Shown here piece after piece: positions 1 through 9,218 of a DNA stretch of 64,000 nt. The stretch covers positions 3,799-67,798 of the IMG/VR virus record IMGVR_UViG_3300042898_002111. The stretch is one strand, 5' to 3'. The stretch comes from a virus. The stretch's first letter is position 1. Every line of letters begins with the position of its first letter. The notes under the pieces were generated by a model. The model ran no database searches and had not been told where the DNA came from. It saw only the letters and a list, made by a program, of their open reading frames with translations. Made by a program: the position numbers and the translations under genes.

Positions 1-67
1 CGTAGAGATCAATAAAGCCGAAGAAGATGTCTGGATTGTTTTTCCTTGGGAAAATTGGTGGGAATGA
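1..67 (+). CDS. C-terminal fragment of a purine phosphoribosyltransferase-like protein (partial, begins before window)
   Basis: Frame 2 reads VEINKAEEDVWIVFPWENWWE*. W-I-V-F-P-W-E is the typical C-terminus of Gpt-like type I PRTases. Confidence 0.6.
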   Translation, partial: VEINKAEEDVWIVFPWENWWE

Positions 68-95
68 TATTTACTGTGTATGTAATTCGAGCAAG

Positions 96-102
96 ATAAA
101 TA
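96..102 (+). promoter_or_regulatory. ATAAATA late-promoter-like motif (T4 TATAAATA-like)
   Basis: The same 7-mer lies in short intergenic gaps upstream of genes at 9896-9902(+), 30553-30559(-), 48035-48041(-), 51612-51618(-) and 52967-52973(-). Confidence 0.55.
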
Positions 103-112
103 ATAGTATCAC

Positions 113-176
113 AGCGGTCTCGGGCATCATCCCCGCTATACAAACTCTGCTGCCTATGCTATAATTAACATAGGAG
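113..176 (+). ncRNA. Candidate riboswitch-like 5' leader of queD (preQ1-I-like H-type pseudoknot plus SD-sequestering hairpin)
   Basis: AGCGG(113-117)/CCGCT(133-137) stem; A-rich tail ATACAAA; loop GGCA(123-126) complementary to TGCC(151-154); CCTATG(153-158)/CATAGG(169-174) hairpin covers the AGGAG SD (172-176). Confidence 0.5.
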
Positions 177-182
177 AAATAA

Positions 183-734
183 ATGATTCATTATAACGAA
201 ACTGATTTAATAAAGTCTATTAATCAGCAAACACTTTTGCAACCTAGGCAATACAAATACACTAGCACCAAAGAATACCACGATGCATTTCCTTGTGCGT
301 ATAGACAGTGGCGGGCCGATAGTCACTGTAATTTAATTCATGGCTACAGCTTTAGCATGAAGTTTTACTTTGGTACAGACGACTTAGATGTACGCAACTG
401 GGCCGCTGACTACGGCGGACTTAAAGAACTTAAAAATGTCCTGGAAATGCAGTTTGACCACACATTGTTGGTGGCCGAAGATGATCCAGAGTTGCAGACA
501 TTTATCATGTTGGAATCCAAGAACATGGCCAAGTTGACCATCCTGCCCAAACTGGGTTGCGAGGGTTTGGCAGACATGCTGTACAAATTTATCAATGGCG
601 TGTATATTCCTGATAACTGGGGACCAGGTGAGGCAGAACGCCTATGGTGCTATCGTGTAGAAGTACGTGAAACACAGAACAACATGGCGTTCCGTGAAGG
701 CCATCGTGAATGGGCAGAGGATTTATTTGCATAA
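183..734 (+). CDS. queD: 6-carboxytetrahydropterin synthase / PTPS-like T-fold protein (QueD-like)
   Basis: CAYRQW..SHCNLIHGY, DYGGLK, FDHTLL and CEGLA..VEVRET motifs; AGGAG SD; QueE and YhhQ nearby. Confidence 0.8.
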   Translation: MIHYNETDLIKSINQQTLLQPRQYKYTSTKEYHDAFPCAYRQWRADSHCNLIHGYSFSMKFYFGTDDLDVRNWAADYGGLKELKNVLEMQFDHTLLVAEDDPELQTFIMLESKNMAKLTILPKLGCEGLADMLYKFINGVYIPDNWGPGEAERLWCYRVEVRETQNNMAFREGHREWAEDLFA

Positions 735-1372
735 TGTTAGAAACTATTTGTGAAGTTTTAGTAGACGCTTACAGGCGTAACTGGATCACCAGTCGAGATG
801 GTAATGTCAGTATTCGTCATCATGGTCGTGACCATTTTTACATTACCCCAACTGGGGTACGTAAGCAAACTCTACAGCCAGATCAATTTAAGAAGATTGG
901 AATAACAACACGCCCTGACTCGATTAATGGCTGGGTTGTATTGCCATATACTGATATCAGTGAGAAACTTGTTCCCAGTGGAGAAATCCCCTTACACTTT
1001 GGGCTACAGAAAAAGATGGGCCAGCATAGCGCAGATGTCAGAGTAGTAGTCCACCTACATCCTACTTACTGTATAGCAGCCATGCATGCCGGTATAGATT
1101 TGAGTACTATCAGCGATGCGTTTCCGGAACTCAATCGCTACACCCGAGTAGCACCCAATGTGGGTGATGTACCTCCTATAAGCCAAGAGCTTGCTGACGA
1201 ATGTCACAGGAATCTGCAATTAGATGCAGCAGGTAACATTGCTTATGACATTGTGGGCATTAAAGGACATGGTGTGGTTGCTATTGATACCAGCCCATGG
1301 CGTGCATATGAACATATCGAAAGATTGGAACACATCTGCCGTATAGTGCTGGCATCTGGAAAACATGAATAG
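734..1372 (+). CDS. Class II aldolase/adducin family metalloenzyme
   Basis: DGNVS..FYITPTG..PSGEIPLH..VHLHP..GHG motifs. Start placed at 734 (TAATG coupling with queD) rather than 710. Confidence 0.85.
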   Translation: MLETICEVLVDAYRRNWITSRDGNVSIRHHGRDHFYITPTGVRKQTLQPDQFKKIGITTRPDSINGWVVLPYTDISEKLVPSGEIPLHFGLQKKMGQHSADVRVVVHLHPTYCIAAMHAGIDLSTISDAFPELNRYTRVAPNVGDVPPISQELADECHRNLQLDAAGNIAYDIVGIKGHGVVAIDTSPWRAYEHIERLEHICRIVLASGKHE

Positions 1373-1556
1373 TTTTGAAAAAATCTGGGCCCGGGCCACT
1401 GGCCATTTAATGGGCGAGACTGATCACGATCGTCCAGATGTTCCTGTACTGACCTTGCGGGAGGCACGTATAGCTCTGTTCCTAAAAACATTCTGGATAG
1501 GAATCCATGTTATTACTTGCTGTTTCATTATTACCAATGTAATAAGGCATTGGTAG
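1365..1556 (+). CDS. Small membrane protein
   Basis: 63 aa, C-terminal hydrophobic helix, overlaps the upstream stop. Confidence 0.6.
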   Translation: MNSFEKIWARATGHLMGETDHDRPDVPVLTLREARIALFLKTFWIGIHVITCCFIITNVIRHW

Positions 1557-1580
1557 TATTATTAACTATGAGGACTTAAA

Positions 1581-2192
1581 ATGTTAGACCGTTTTTTACC
1601 CGGCGTAGACCGTACATTAGTTTTAAAGTTAGTGGCATTCCACACATTTGTCATCGCCATTAGTAACTGGTTAGTTCAATATAAGTTTGGATTCTTTGGA
1701 CACCCCATTGCAGTATCAGCATTTACATTCCCACTGGTGGTAGTGGCCACTGACCTTACAGTTCGTATGGTGGGCAAAACCACTGGTCGAGCGGTGGTGG
1801 CACTGAGTTTTATTCCAGCAATTATTGCCAGTATTCTGGTAGTATTAGCATCTGGCGCACCAAGTTCAGTAGCTGTTCGCATTGGCATTGGTAGTGGCTT
1901 GGCATATTTTATTGGAACATTGTTGGATGTATATATATTCCAATATTTCCGAGAAAAATACAACAGCTGGTGGATTGCACCCACATTAAGTAGTATTGTT
2001 ACTACCATCGTGGATACCTACACCTTCTTTAGTACAGCGTTCTACAAGAGTGCCAACACGTTCATGGCAGATAACTGGCACATCGTTGCTACCAATCATA
2101 TTATCATCAAGGTATTAGTAGGATTACTGGTCGTTATCCCAGCATACGGTGTTTTACTTAACTATATGCAAAAGAAGCTGGATGCAAAATAA
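1581..2192 (+). CDS. yhhQ: Queuosine-precursor (preQ0/preQ1) transporter, YhhQ/Vut_1 family
   Basis: Multi-pass hydrophobic; ISNWLVQ, FTFP..ATDLTVR, LDVYIF, DTYTFF and PAYGVLL motifs; que-gene context. Confidence 0.8.
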   Translation: MLDRFLPGVDRTLVLKLVAFHTFVIAISNWLVQYKFGFFGHPIAVSAFTFPLVVVATDLTVRMVGKTTGRAVVALSFIPAIIASILVVLASGAPSSVAVRIGIGSGLAYFIGTLLDVYIFQYFREKYNSWWIAPTLSSIVTTIVDTYTFFSTAFYKSANTFMADNWHIVATNHIIIKVLVGLLVVIPAYGVLLNYMQKKLDAK

Positions 2193-3447
2193 AAAAACCT
2201 GGCCTATTGATATAGAGCCCACGTGTCAAGCAAAATGGAACTGGAGTACTATTTACTTAACCAATAGTGCTTCAGCTTCATGTCATCGCACAACACAGTA
2301 CAAATTTGATTTAGATTCTTTTGACGATTTTCATAACCTTCCTGAGAAGATTAGAGATCGTCAGATGATGCTGGACGGGCAATGGCCCGGTAATGGGTGT
2401 GAGTATTGTCGTAAAATTGAAGATGCTGGTGGATTTAGCGACCGTATGTTCAACAATACTAGTAATAATGCCACGCCAGATGAAGTATTGACAGACCCCA
2501 CTGTAGTTCGTGTGATTCCCAAAATGGTCGAAGTGTATTTTGATAATACTTGTGATCTCAAGTGTACCTATTGTGGTCCCTGGTATAGCAGTGCCTGGGC
2601 CGCAGAGAACAAACGTCATGGATATTGGGAAAATCAGAGCTTTCAACTAATTGATGACTACAAAAAGAGCGATAATCGCCGAGCCTATGTCGAAAAGTTC
2701 TGGCTATGGTGGGATCGTCATTATGATCACCTAACACATTTTCAATTTCTGGGTGGAGAACCGTTCTTCCAACGTGAATTTGATGAGTGTCTGGATTTTA
2801 TCGAAGCTCGCAGTAACCCCAATCTGACTTTTAATATCAGCAGTAATTTAAACTGCACTACTGATCATTTAAAAGAAAAAATAGAACGTTTTCGACGTAT
2901 GCAGGAAGATGGAAGGATTAAGACACTACAAATTACTGGCAGTATAGACTGCTGGGGACCTGAGCAGGAACATATCCGTTATCCTTTAAATTTGGATAGA
3001 TTCAAAAATAATTTCGATTATTTGGTCAGCCAGAAGTGGTTAGTATTAAGTATTAATAGTGCTATTAGTAGCTTGAGCATTAAAACCATGCCGGACTTAT
3101 TACAAAGATTAAATTCCTGGAGGGAACATCGTCCTATATATCAGAACTTTATGACTATCCAGGACCCCATGCCTATGAACCCCGATTATCTGGGTGGTGA
3201 GGTATTCAAAGAAGATTTTGAGAAAATAATTAGCATTATGCAGGAGACCGAACACATGGATAGTTGGTATAGCAATTTTGTCCCCTATATGCAAGGCATT
3301 GCTCGACAGGTAGCTGCTAGTAAGCCCAACCCAAGTAAATTGAAGGAATTCAAGGCTTATCTAAATGAACTAGATCGTCGACGTGGTACTAACTGGCCTG
3401 CATTATACCCATGGCTGGTTCAAGAGTTTAACCGTCATGAAATTTAA
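2182..3447 (+). CDS. Radical SAM protein with N-terminal auxiliary Cys motif (paralog of the 31.7-42.4 kb array)
   Basis: CDLKCTYC, GGEPF, N-terminal CQAKW..SCHR..CEYC. ATG at 2182 preferred over 2149. Confidence 0.85.
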   Translation: MQNKKTWPIDIEPTCQAKWNWSTIYLTNSASASCHRTTQYKFDLDSFDDFHNLPEKIRDRQMMLDGQWPGNGCEYCRKIEDAGGFSDRMFNNTSNNATPDEVLTDPTVVRVIPKMVEVYFDNTCDLKCTYCGPWYSSAWAAENKRHGYWENQSFQLIDDYKKSDNRRAYVEKFWLWWDRHYDHLTHFQFLGGEPFFQREFDECLDFIEARSNPNLTFNISSNLNCTTDHLKEKIERFRRMQEDGRIKTLQITGSIDCWGPEQEHIRYPLNLDRFKNNFDYLVSQKWLVLSINSAISSLSIKTMPDLLQRLNSWREHRPIYQNFMTIQDPMPMNPDYLGGEVFKEDFEKIISIMQETEHMDSWYSNFVPYMQGIARQVAASKPNPSKLKEFKAYLNELDRRRGTNWPALYPWLVQEFNRHEI

Positions 3448-3464
3448 CTTTGGTCATATTCTTT

Positions 3465-3493
3465 TTGACATTCACAAATCAATCAATTACAAT
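3465..3493 (+). promoter_or_regulatory. Sigma70-type promoter upstream of queE
   Basis: TTGACA-17 bp-TACAAT, followed by an ATGCCAA/TTGGCAT inverted repeat (3504-3533). Confidence 0.6.
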
Positions 3494-3570
3494 TATTAAA
3501 TAGATGCCAAATAAAATTCTAAATACTTGGCATAAAATAGAAAATAATTATTTACAGAGAGACACAAATA

Positions 3571-4452
3571 ATGTTCGGCACTAATGAAATCGTAGGCAAG
3601 AAGTATTTTAAGGATGCACCTGCCGACAGCTTGTTTGTAACCAGTATGTTCTTTACCCTTCAAGGTGAGGGACCATATGCAGGTATGCCAGCCCTATTCA
3701 TTCGCCTGGCCAAGTGCAACTTAGATTGCAGCTTCTGCGATACATTCTTCGACGACGGCGATTGGATGACTTATGCTGAAATTTCCAAGAAGGCGCACGA
3801 AACTATCCTGGCATTCTGGCAGGACCAAGGTAAAGAGGTTCCTAACTGGGCAGTTGAGCAACAACACGTGGGAAAGATGTACCCCAACATTGTGTTGGTT
3901 ATGACAGGTGGTGAGCCCTTGATCCAGGAAAACATTTCGGAGTTTATGGCGCAACAGTTGCACAACTTTAAGGAAGTGCAGGTAGAAAGCAATGGCATCC
4001 CCGATACTGTCGTACCCCCAGGCGTTACATTGGTTTGCAGTCCCAAATGTGTGGAGAAGAATGGTCGTGCCATCAAGTACTTTGCTCCCAGCAAGACTAT
4101 CTTGGATCGTGCAGACTGTTTAAAGTTTGTGGTAAGTGCCGATCCCGAAAGTCCATACAGCAGCGTTCCTGACTGGGCGTTGGAGTGGCGAGATCGCACA
4201 GGCAAGCAAATCTACTGTAGCCCAATGAATGTGTACAATAGTTTACCACAACGGATCAAGCTGTTGCGTTCTGAGAAAGGTACTATTACCATGGCAGAAC
4301 GTAGTACTGTAGATGAGGTCATCAGCTTCTGGGAACCAGGCCTGTTAAACTTGGAGGCCAATCAACGCAACCATGAATACACAGGACAGTATTGTGTAGA
4401 AAATGGTTTACGATTGAATCTACAACAACACCTGTATGCGAGTTTAGCTTGA
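3571..4452 (+). CDS. queE: 7-carboxy-7-deazaguanine synthase (radical SAM)
   Basis: FTLQGEGPYAG.PALFIRLAKCNLDCSFCDT, TGGEP, VESNG, CSPK, LKFVV and LNLQQH motifs. Confidence 0.9.
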   Translation: MFGTNEIVGKKYFKDAPADSLFVTSMFFTLQGEGPYAGMPALFIRLAKCNLDCSFCDTFFDDGDWMTYAEISKKAHETILAFWQDQGKEVPNWAVEQQHVGKMYPNIVLVMTGGEPLIQENISEFMAQQLHNFKEVQVESNGIPDTVVPPGVTLVCSPKCVEKNGRAIKYFAPSKTILDRADCLKFVVSADPESPYSSVPDWALEWRDRTGKQIYCSPMNVYNSLPQRIKLLRSEKGTITMAERSTVDEVISFWEPGLLNLEANQRNHEYTGQYCVENGLRLNLQQHLYASLA

Positions 4453-4664
4453 TGCCACTGGATACTCTTATGAATATTCGAGACGAAGTCTGGGCTCGAC
4501 CATGGAAACTACAATTTGCATGGAAGCCTCAGAGGTGCTATGCATCAAATGAATTAATTTGGCTGACTTGGGGTTATAGAGGAACATCACAGTATATTAT
4601 TAATACGCCCGCAATATGGTTGACCAAAGTTGAGTATCTGATAAAGTGCTTAAAAGATGTCTAA
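4452..4664 (+). CDS. Hypothetical protein
   Basis: TGATG coupling to queE; FAWKP..C....IWL pattern seen in small phage proteins. Confidence 0.55.
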   Translation: MPLDTLMNIRDEVWARPWKLQFAWKPQRCYASNELIWLTWGYRGTSQYIINTPAIWLTKVEYLIKCLKDV

Positions 4665-5118
4665 TATAGCCAAGGGTCGCAACAGCTACGACAGCACATT
4701 TGGTAATACTGTAGTACCATTCTTCAACAAGAACGTCACCCCATATCCCACAGAAGCAGGTGGTCCTGCATTTGATCTAGTGCCAGTCACCCGACAAAAA
4801 GACATCATGCTGAACGTGGCTCGTATGCACGCCGAGCAAGAGTACAACAGGATTATGGAACTGGTTGATGTCCTACAGCGACAAGCCGCAGATATCAAAC
4901 GCAGATTAGATTTGACCGACATGGTACATGCAGCTAAGTATGATTTTCAAATAGCACATGGACAAACGTATTGGTTGGTACAAGATACACGCCGAAACGA
5001 ACTCATACTGTGTGGCATGGAACCAGACGGTTGGTCAGCTGGTGCTCCTACGTGGTATGAGTATATTGTAGCAGTAAAGTGGTTAGGTGACCACACCTGG
5101 ATTGAAGTAGAGGAATAA
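4657..5118 (+). CDS. DUF2452-like protein
   Basis: YPTEAGGPAF, then a coiled coil, then a Y.F....G..Y.L..P..W..DHTW pattern. Confidence 0.6.
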   Translation: MSNIAKGRNSYDSTFGNTVVPFFNKNVTPYPTEAGGPAFDLVPVTRQKDIMLNVARMHAEQEYNRIMELVDVLQRQAADIKRRLDLTDMVHAAKYDFQIAHGQTYWLVQDTRRNELILCGMEPDGWSAGAPTWYEYIVAVKWLGDHTWIEVEE

Positions 5119-5119
5119 T

Positions 5120-5527
5120 ATGTTTGACAAACTAAAAAATATGTTTAAAAAAGAACCGTCTGTGGTAGTGGAACCCAAAAAGGCACCTAAACCCAAGGCA
5201 CCTAAAAAGACAGAAAAAGAAATATCCACAGAAAATGATGAACCGTATGTTTCTATAATCAGTGTGGCCCTGGATCCAAACAACATTGGAAACGGTTCAT
5301 TTGAATTGGATTGGAACGACAAATTTATCGTCAAGTTGGTTAAAGCTGGATACCAGTTGAAAGCTGGCGAAGATGAAAATGTTATCGTGGATCGCTGGTT
5401 CCAGGATGTGTGCCGCAATGTGGTACAGGAGAACTTCGAACAGTGGGAAGCCAATCAGCCAGCTGAGTCTCGCCCACGCAACATGGATCGCCGAGACTTA
5501 GGCGGTGGACGTTCTGAAATATCGTGA
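5120..5527 (+). CDS. Conserved hypothetical phage protein
   Basis: GAGG SD; FELDWN..F...L..AGY..IVDRWF..VCRN motif. Confidence 0.75.
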   Translation: MFDKLKNMFKKEPSVVVEPKKAPKPKAPKKTEKEISTENDEPYVSIISVALDPNNIGNGSFELDWNDKFIVKLVKAGYQLKAGEDENVIVDRWFQDVCRNVVQENFEQWEANQPAESRPRNMDRRDLGGGRSEIS

Positions 5528-6249
5528 CACTTCTGTATGTAAATGGTGACAGTCATACTGCGGCCGCTGAAGCAGTAAATCCACACGGTTTTGCACAAGA
5601 TGACGGTCAATACTTGCAACGTGGACGACGACCACATCCAGACAATCTAAAAGTCAGCTGGGGGCGAAAATTGGCAGACCTTATGAATGCCGATTTTAGT
5701 TGTAATGCCGAGAGTGCTAGTAGTAATGATCGGATTAGACGTACCACTATTGATTACCTGACCAGTCGCAAGGATCGAAAAATTCAGGACCTGCCCTGGC
5801 CTGATTATATGGTTATTGGTTGGAGCACCTGGGAGCGGGCTGAATGGTTATATGACGACATATACTGGCAAGTGAATGCTGGCGGTGTTGGTCACGACTG
5901 GCCCGATGAAATCAAACGTCGGTACAAAAATTACGTGGCCAATATCGATTACCAAAAGTGTATGCGAGAAGAACACAAAAAGATCTATCAGATGCATCTA
6001 GATCTAAATCTGATGGGATTCAAACACTTGTTCTTTAATACATTTCTACCATTTAGCGGTACTGAACAGGTGGATTGGGGCAACAGCTATCTGGAACCTT
6101 ACAATCCAGACTTCACATTCTATAACTGGTGTTTGGCTCAGGGTTTTAAGACGGTGTATCCAGGATCGTATCATTTCGGTCCAGATGCTCATGCTGCCTG
6201 GGCTGAATTCATTTATCCATATATTGTCCAGACTGCCTTGACACAATAA
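5524..6249 (+). CDS. SGNH/GDSL-like hydrolase or acyltransferase (DUF6071-like)
   Basis: LYVNGDSHT block I, SNDRI.R and C-terminal HFGPDAH. Confidence 0.7.
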   Translation: MTLLYVNGDSHTAAAEAVNPHGFAQDDGQYLQRGRRPHPDNLKVSWGRKLADLMNADFSCNAESASSNDRIRRTTIDYLTSRKDRKIQDLPWPDYMVIGWSTWERAEWLYDDIYWQVNAGGVGHDWPDEIKRRYKNYVANIDYQKCMREEHKKIYQMHLDLNLMGFKHLFFNTFLPFSGTEQVDWGNSYLEPYNPDFTFYNWCLAQGFKTVYPGSYHFGPDAHAAWAEFIYPYIVQTALTQ

Positions 6250-6267
6250 CATATATTATGCTACTAT
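6238..6267 (+). promoter_or_regulatory. Sigma70-type promoter of the exonuclease gene (possibly leaderless mRNA)
   Basis: TTGACA-18 bp-TACTAT with an extended TG; ends 6 nt before ATG 6274; no SD. Confidence 0.45.
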
Positions 6268-6273
6268 TATAGC

Positions 6274-7272
6274 ATGAAATATTTAATCGTAGACACAGCT
6301 AATACATTCTTCCGAGCACGTCACAGTGCCCATCGTCAGAGCGACACCTGGGACAAACTGGGCTTTGCCATTCACGTAACCCTAAGTAGTGTCAATAAAG
6401 CGTTCCGAGACCAGAAGGCAGATCATGTGGTCTGGTGCCTGGAGGGACGCAGTTGGCGCAAGGATTTTTATGAGCCGTACAAAAAGAACCGAACAGTTGC
6501 CCGTGCTGCACTTACTGAAGCTGAGGCTGAAGAAGACCGGCTTTTCTGGGAAACATTTGACGAACTACAAACTTTCATCCGTGAGCGCACCAATTGTACT
6601 GTTCTCCAGCACCCAAGATTGGAGGCGGATGACCTGGTGGCAGGATGGATTCAAAGTCACCCTGCAGATCAACACGTAATTGTCAGTAGTGACACTGACT
6701 TTTATCAGTTGCTGTCTGAGAATGTCAAACAATATAACGGAGTAGCCGATGAGCTCCACACCATCCAAGGTATCTTTGACAAAAAGGGTTCCCCAGTCAA
6801 AGATAAGAAAACAAAAGAAGCCAAAAAAATTCCGGATCCCAAGTGGATTCTTTTCGAAAAGTGCATGCGGGGCGATCCGACCGACAACATTTTTTCGGCT
6901 TATCCAGGCGTTAGGACGGTTGGATCAAAAAACAAAGTCGGTCTCACAGAAGCCTTTGAAGATAAGACCTCAAAAGGCTTTGCGTGGAACAACCTCATGC
7001 TCCAAAGGTGGGCGGACCACAACGGCCAGGAACACCGTGTTCTCGACGACTATGAGCGTAATCGCATCCTCGTCGACCTCTCGGCGCAACCGGAAGAAAT
7101 CAAAGCCCTGATTACTGAAACAATATCAGCTGGCAGTCAGCCTAAAAATATATCCCAAGTGGGTCTGTATTTTATGAAGTTTTGCGGTAAGTATGACCTG
7201 GTCAAGATTGGTGATCAGGCACAAGAGTACGCTCAATGGTTAAGCTCACAATATCCAGATAAGGAATTATAA
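6274..7272 (+). CDS. rnh: T4 RNase H-like 5'-3' exonuclease (FEN/PIN fold)
   Basis: LIVD..N, SWRKDFYEPYKKNR, LEADDL, VSSDTDFYQL and GDPTDNI motifs. Confidence 0.88.
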   Translation: MKYLIVDTANTFFRARHSAHRQSDTWDKLGFAIHVTLSSVNKAFRDQKADHVVWCLEGRSWRKDFYEPYKKNRTVARAALTEAEAEEDRLFWETFDELQTFIRERTNCTVLQHPRLEADDLVAGWIQSHPADQHVIVSSDTDFYQLLSENVKQYNGVADELHTIQGIFDKKGSPVKDKKTKEAKKIPDPKWILFEKCMRGDPTDNIFSAYPGVRTVGSKNKVGLTEAFEDKTSKGFAWNNLMLQRWADHNGQEHRVLDDYERNRILVDLSAQPEEIKALITETISAGSQPKNISQVGLYFMKFCGKYDLVKIGDQAQEYAQWLSSQYPDKEL

Positions 7273-7448
7273 TGTTCGATAAAATTTTAATATGGTTTCG
7301 TAAAAATGAGATTCAGTGTGTCTGGTTCATCATTGGCTTTTTATCAATGGCACTTCTTGAAGCCCTGGCTCGCGGTGATTACATCACAGCAACCATTAAT
7401 GCTGCATTAATTGTTATAAATTTCCATCTGAGGCCAAGAGCTGCATGA
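7272..7448 (+). CDS. Small membrane protein (58 aa, not in ORF track)
   Basis: MFDKILIWFRKNEIQCVWFIIGFLSMALLEAL...; TAATG and ATGA couplings on both sides fill the gap exactly. Confidence 0.65.
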   Translation: MFDKILIWFRKNEIQCVWFIIGFLSMALLEALARGDYITATINAALIVINFHLRPRAA

Positions 7449-7645
7449 GAAGTATCTGGTTTGAAGTGGTCATTTCAGTCTTAATCCTAGTGGGATCAGG
7501 CCTGGCTGTAATAGGATTACTGAAAAATGCACCCAAAACAAAAGTGTATAATTGTAGCTTGGCTGAATTTCACCCAGATTTTCCCATTGCAGTAAAAGAA
7601 CAATGTAGGCATATTACTAAACATCCGACTGAAAATTCAAAATGA
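7445..7645 (+). CDS. Small membrane-anchored protein
   Basis: N-terminal TM helix; YNCSLAEFHPD.P..VKEQCR motif. Confidence 0.65.
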   Translation: MRSIWFEVVISVLILVGSGLAVIGLLKNAPKTKVYNCSLAEFHPDFPIAVKEQCRHITKHPTENSK

Positions 7646-8013
7646 ATATACATCTTACCGTACTAACGTTATTTCTCATGTTCATGGTCAAACACTTTGT
7701 GGTTGACTTTGTTTGTCAGACGCGATATCAGTGGAGCAATAAGGGAATCTACGGCCACCCCGGAGGCCTACTACACGCAGGGTTACATGGACTGGGCACA
7801 GTAATTTGTCTGTTGGCATTTTCATGGGAAGACATATTATTTCTAGCCCTGATGGATGCAGTATTCCATTACCACATTGACTGGGCCAAGGTCAAAATCA
7901 ACAACCGTATGGGCTGGACTGCCGATAATTCCGAATACTTCTGGTGGCTATTGGGTGCTGATCAATTGTTGCACATGATAACATATATCATTATTATAGG
8001 ATTGATAGTATGA
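7642..8013 (+). CDS. DUF3307-like membrane protein
   Basis: KHFVVDFVCQ, K....GLLHAGLH, HYHID..K and DQLLH motifs. Confidence 0.75.
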   Translation: MNIHLTVLTLFLMFMVKHFVVDFVCQTRYQWSNKGIYGHPGGLLHAGLHGLGTVICLLAFSWEDILFLALMDAVFHYHIDWAKVKINNRMGWTADNSEYFWWLLGADQLLHMITYIIIIGLIV

Positions 8014-8031
8014 TAACCAAAGGAAATAAAA

Positions 8032-8406
8032 ATGAAGTGGTTTGATAAGTGGTTTTATCGCAAAGCACGATGGTGCTGGCATCGTGCAGGACAACAATAT
8101 CCTGAGCTCAAAGCCGAGCAAGATTGTTTAGATGAAATGTCTGATCGAAGTCAAGACGGTAAAATAGCTTGTTGGAGTAAAGATTCATTAATTGAAGTGA
8201 ATTCTGATGTAACTAAAAACACTGTTGATATGGAAAATAGTATTCGCTTTAATGTATTGCCCTGCACTGGTGGATTGGTATTGGAAGTTAATATATTTGA
8301 TCGCAAATCACACGAAAACACCACCAAAACTTATTTAATTCCTGACGGCGAGCCCATTGCTGAACGAATTGGACAATACGTAACTATGGAAATGATGCAA
8401 AGATAA
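8032..8406 (+). CDS. Hypothetical protein
   Basis: AAGGA SD; TAATG-coupled to the next gene. Confidence 0.65.
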   Translation: MKWFDKWFYRKARWCWHRAGQQYPELKAEQDCLDEMSDRSQDGKIACWSKDSLIEVNSDVTKNTVDMENSIRFNVLPCTGGLVLEVNIFDRKSHENTTKTYLIPDGEPIAERIGQYVTMEMMQR

Positions 8407-9218
8407 TGGAAACAACTTTTGAAGTCCCAAAAATTCGCTGCGGTCATCGCATTGGCACTGGCGCTGACGCTGCATACTGGTTTGAAATGGACCATGCTGG
8501 CGAAGGTTCACGCAGTCTGTTGAGTATCTTTGATCTATATCTAAATCAATATGGCTGGGATCGGTTTATTCAGCCCGGTATGACCTGTATTGACATTGGT
8601 GGGCACTCAGGAGATACTGCCATCCCCATGCAGTATCTGGCACGAGCCACTGTACTCAGTGTGGAGCCCAATCCGCTGATCAAGCAATATCTGGACTTCT
8701 GTTGTGATATGAATGCTCATCTGGGCAGATTTGTCACAGCAGGTGAAGCAGTTACTACTGAGAACTGTTCAGCAGTAGAGATACTGGATCACAACAATGC
8801 CATGTGCAATGGCGGGCGTATTGACCCCAATTGGACTCAGGAATTACAGACACGTATGCGCAACATGGCTGGTGATCGAATCACTGTTCCTGGACTAACA
8901 CTAGAAAATCTCTGTGCTAAATATTTAAGTGAAGCTGAAATTCAAAACACAGGCTTTATCAAGACAGACACAGAAGGACATGATTGTTCTATTCTGGAAT
9001 CAAGTGCCAGTTTCCTGGAACGACTAAAACCCACAATATTTACCGAATGGTTCTTTGCTTATACTGATGTAGAAAGTCGTAAATTATTCGATGTCATTAA
9101 TGATCTCGGATATCGGCCATTCTATCCTGGTACACTAGAGCCAGCCACTGTGGATCGTCGTAGTGAAGATCTGGTGTTGATTCATCATACCAAAATTCAG
9201 GAGTTCTTCAATGAGTGA
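8406..9218 (+). CDS. FkbM-family SAM-dependent methyltransferase
   Basis: IDIGGHSG, VEPNP and FIKTDTEGHD motifs. Confidence 0.8.
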   Translation: METTFEVPKIRCGHRIGTGADAAYWFEMDHAGEGSRSLLSIFDLYLNQYGWDRFIQPGMTCIDIGGHSGDTAIPMQYLARATVLSVEPNPLIKQYLDFCCDMNAHLGRFVTAGEAVTTENCSAVEILDHNNAMCNGGRIDPNWTQELQTRMRNMAGDRITVPGLTLENLCAKYLSEAEIQNTGFIKTDTEGHDCSILESSASFLERLKPTIFTEWFFAYTDVESRKLFDVINDLGYRPFYPGTLEPATVDRRSEDLVLIHHTKIQEFFNE

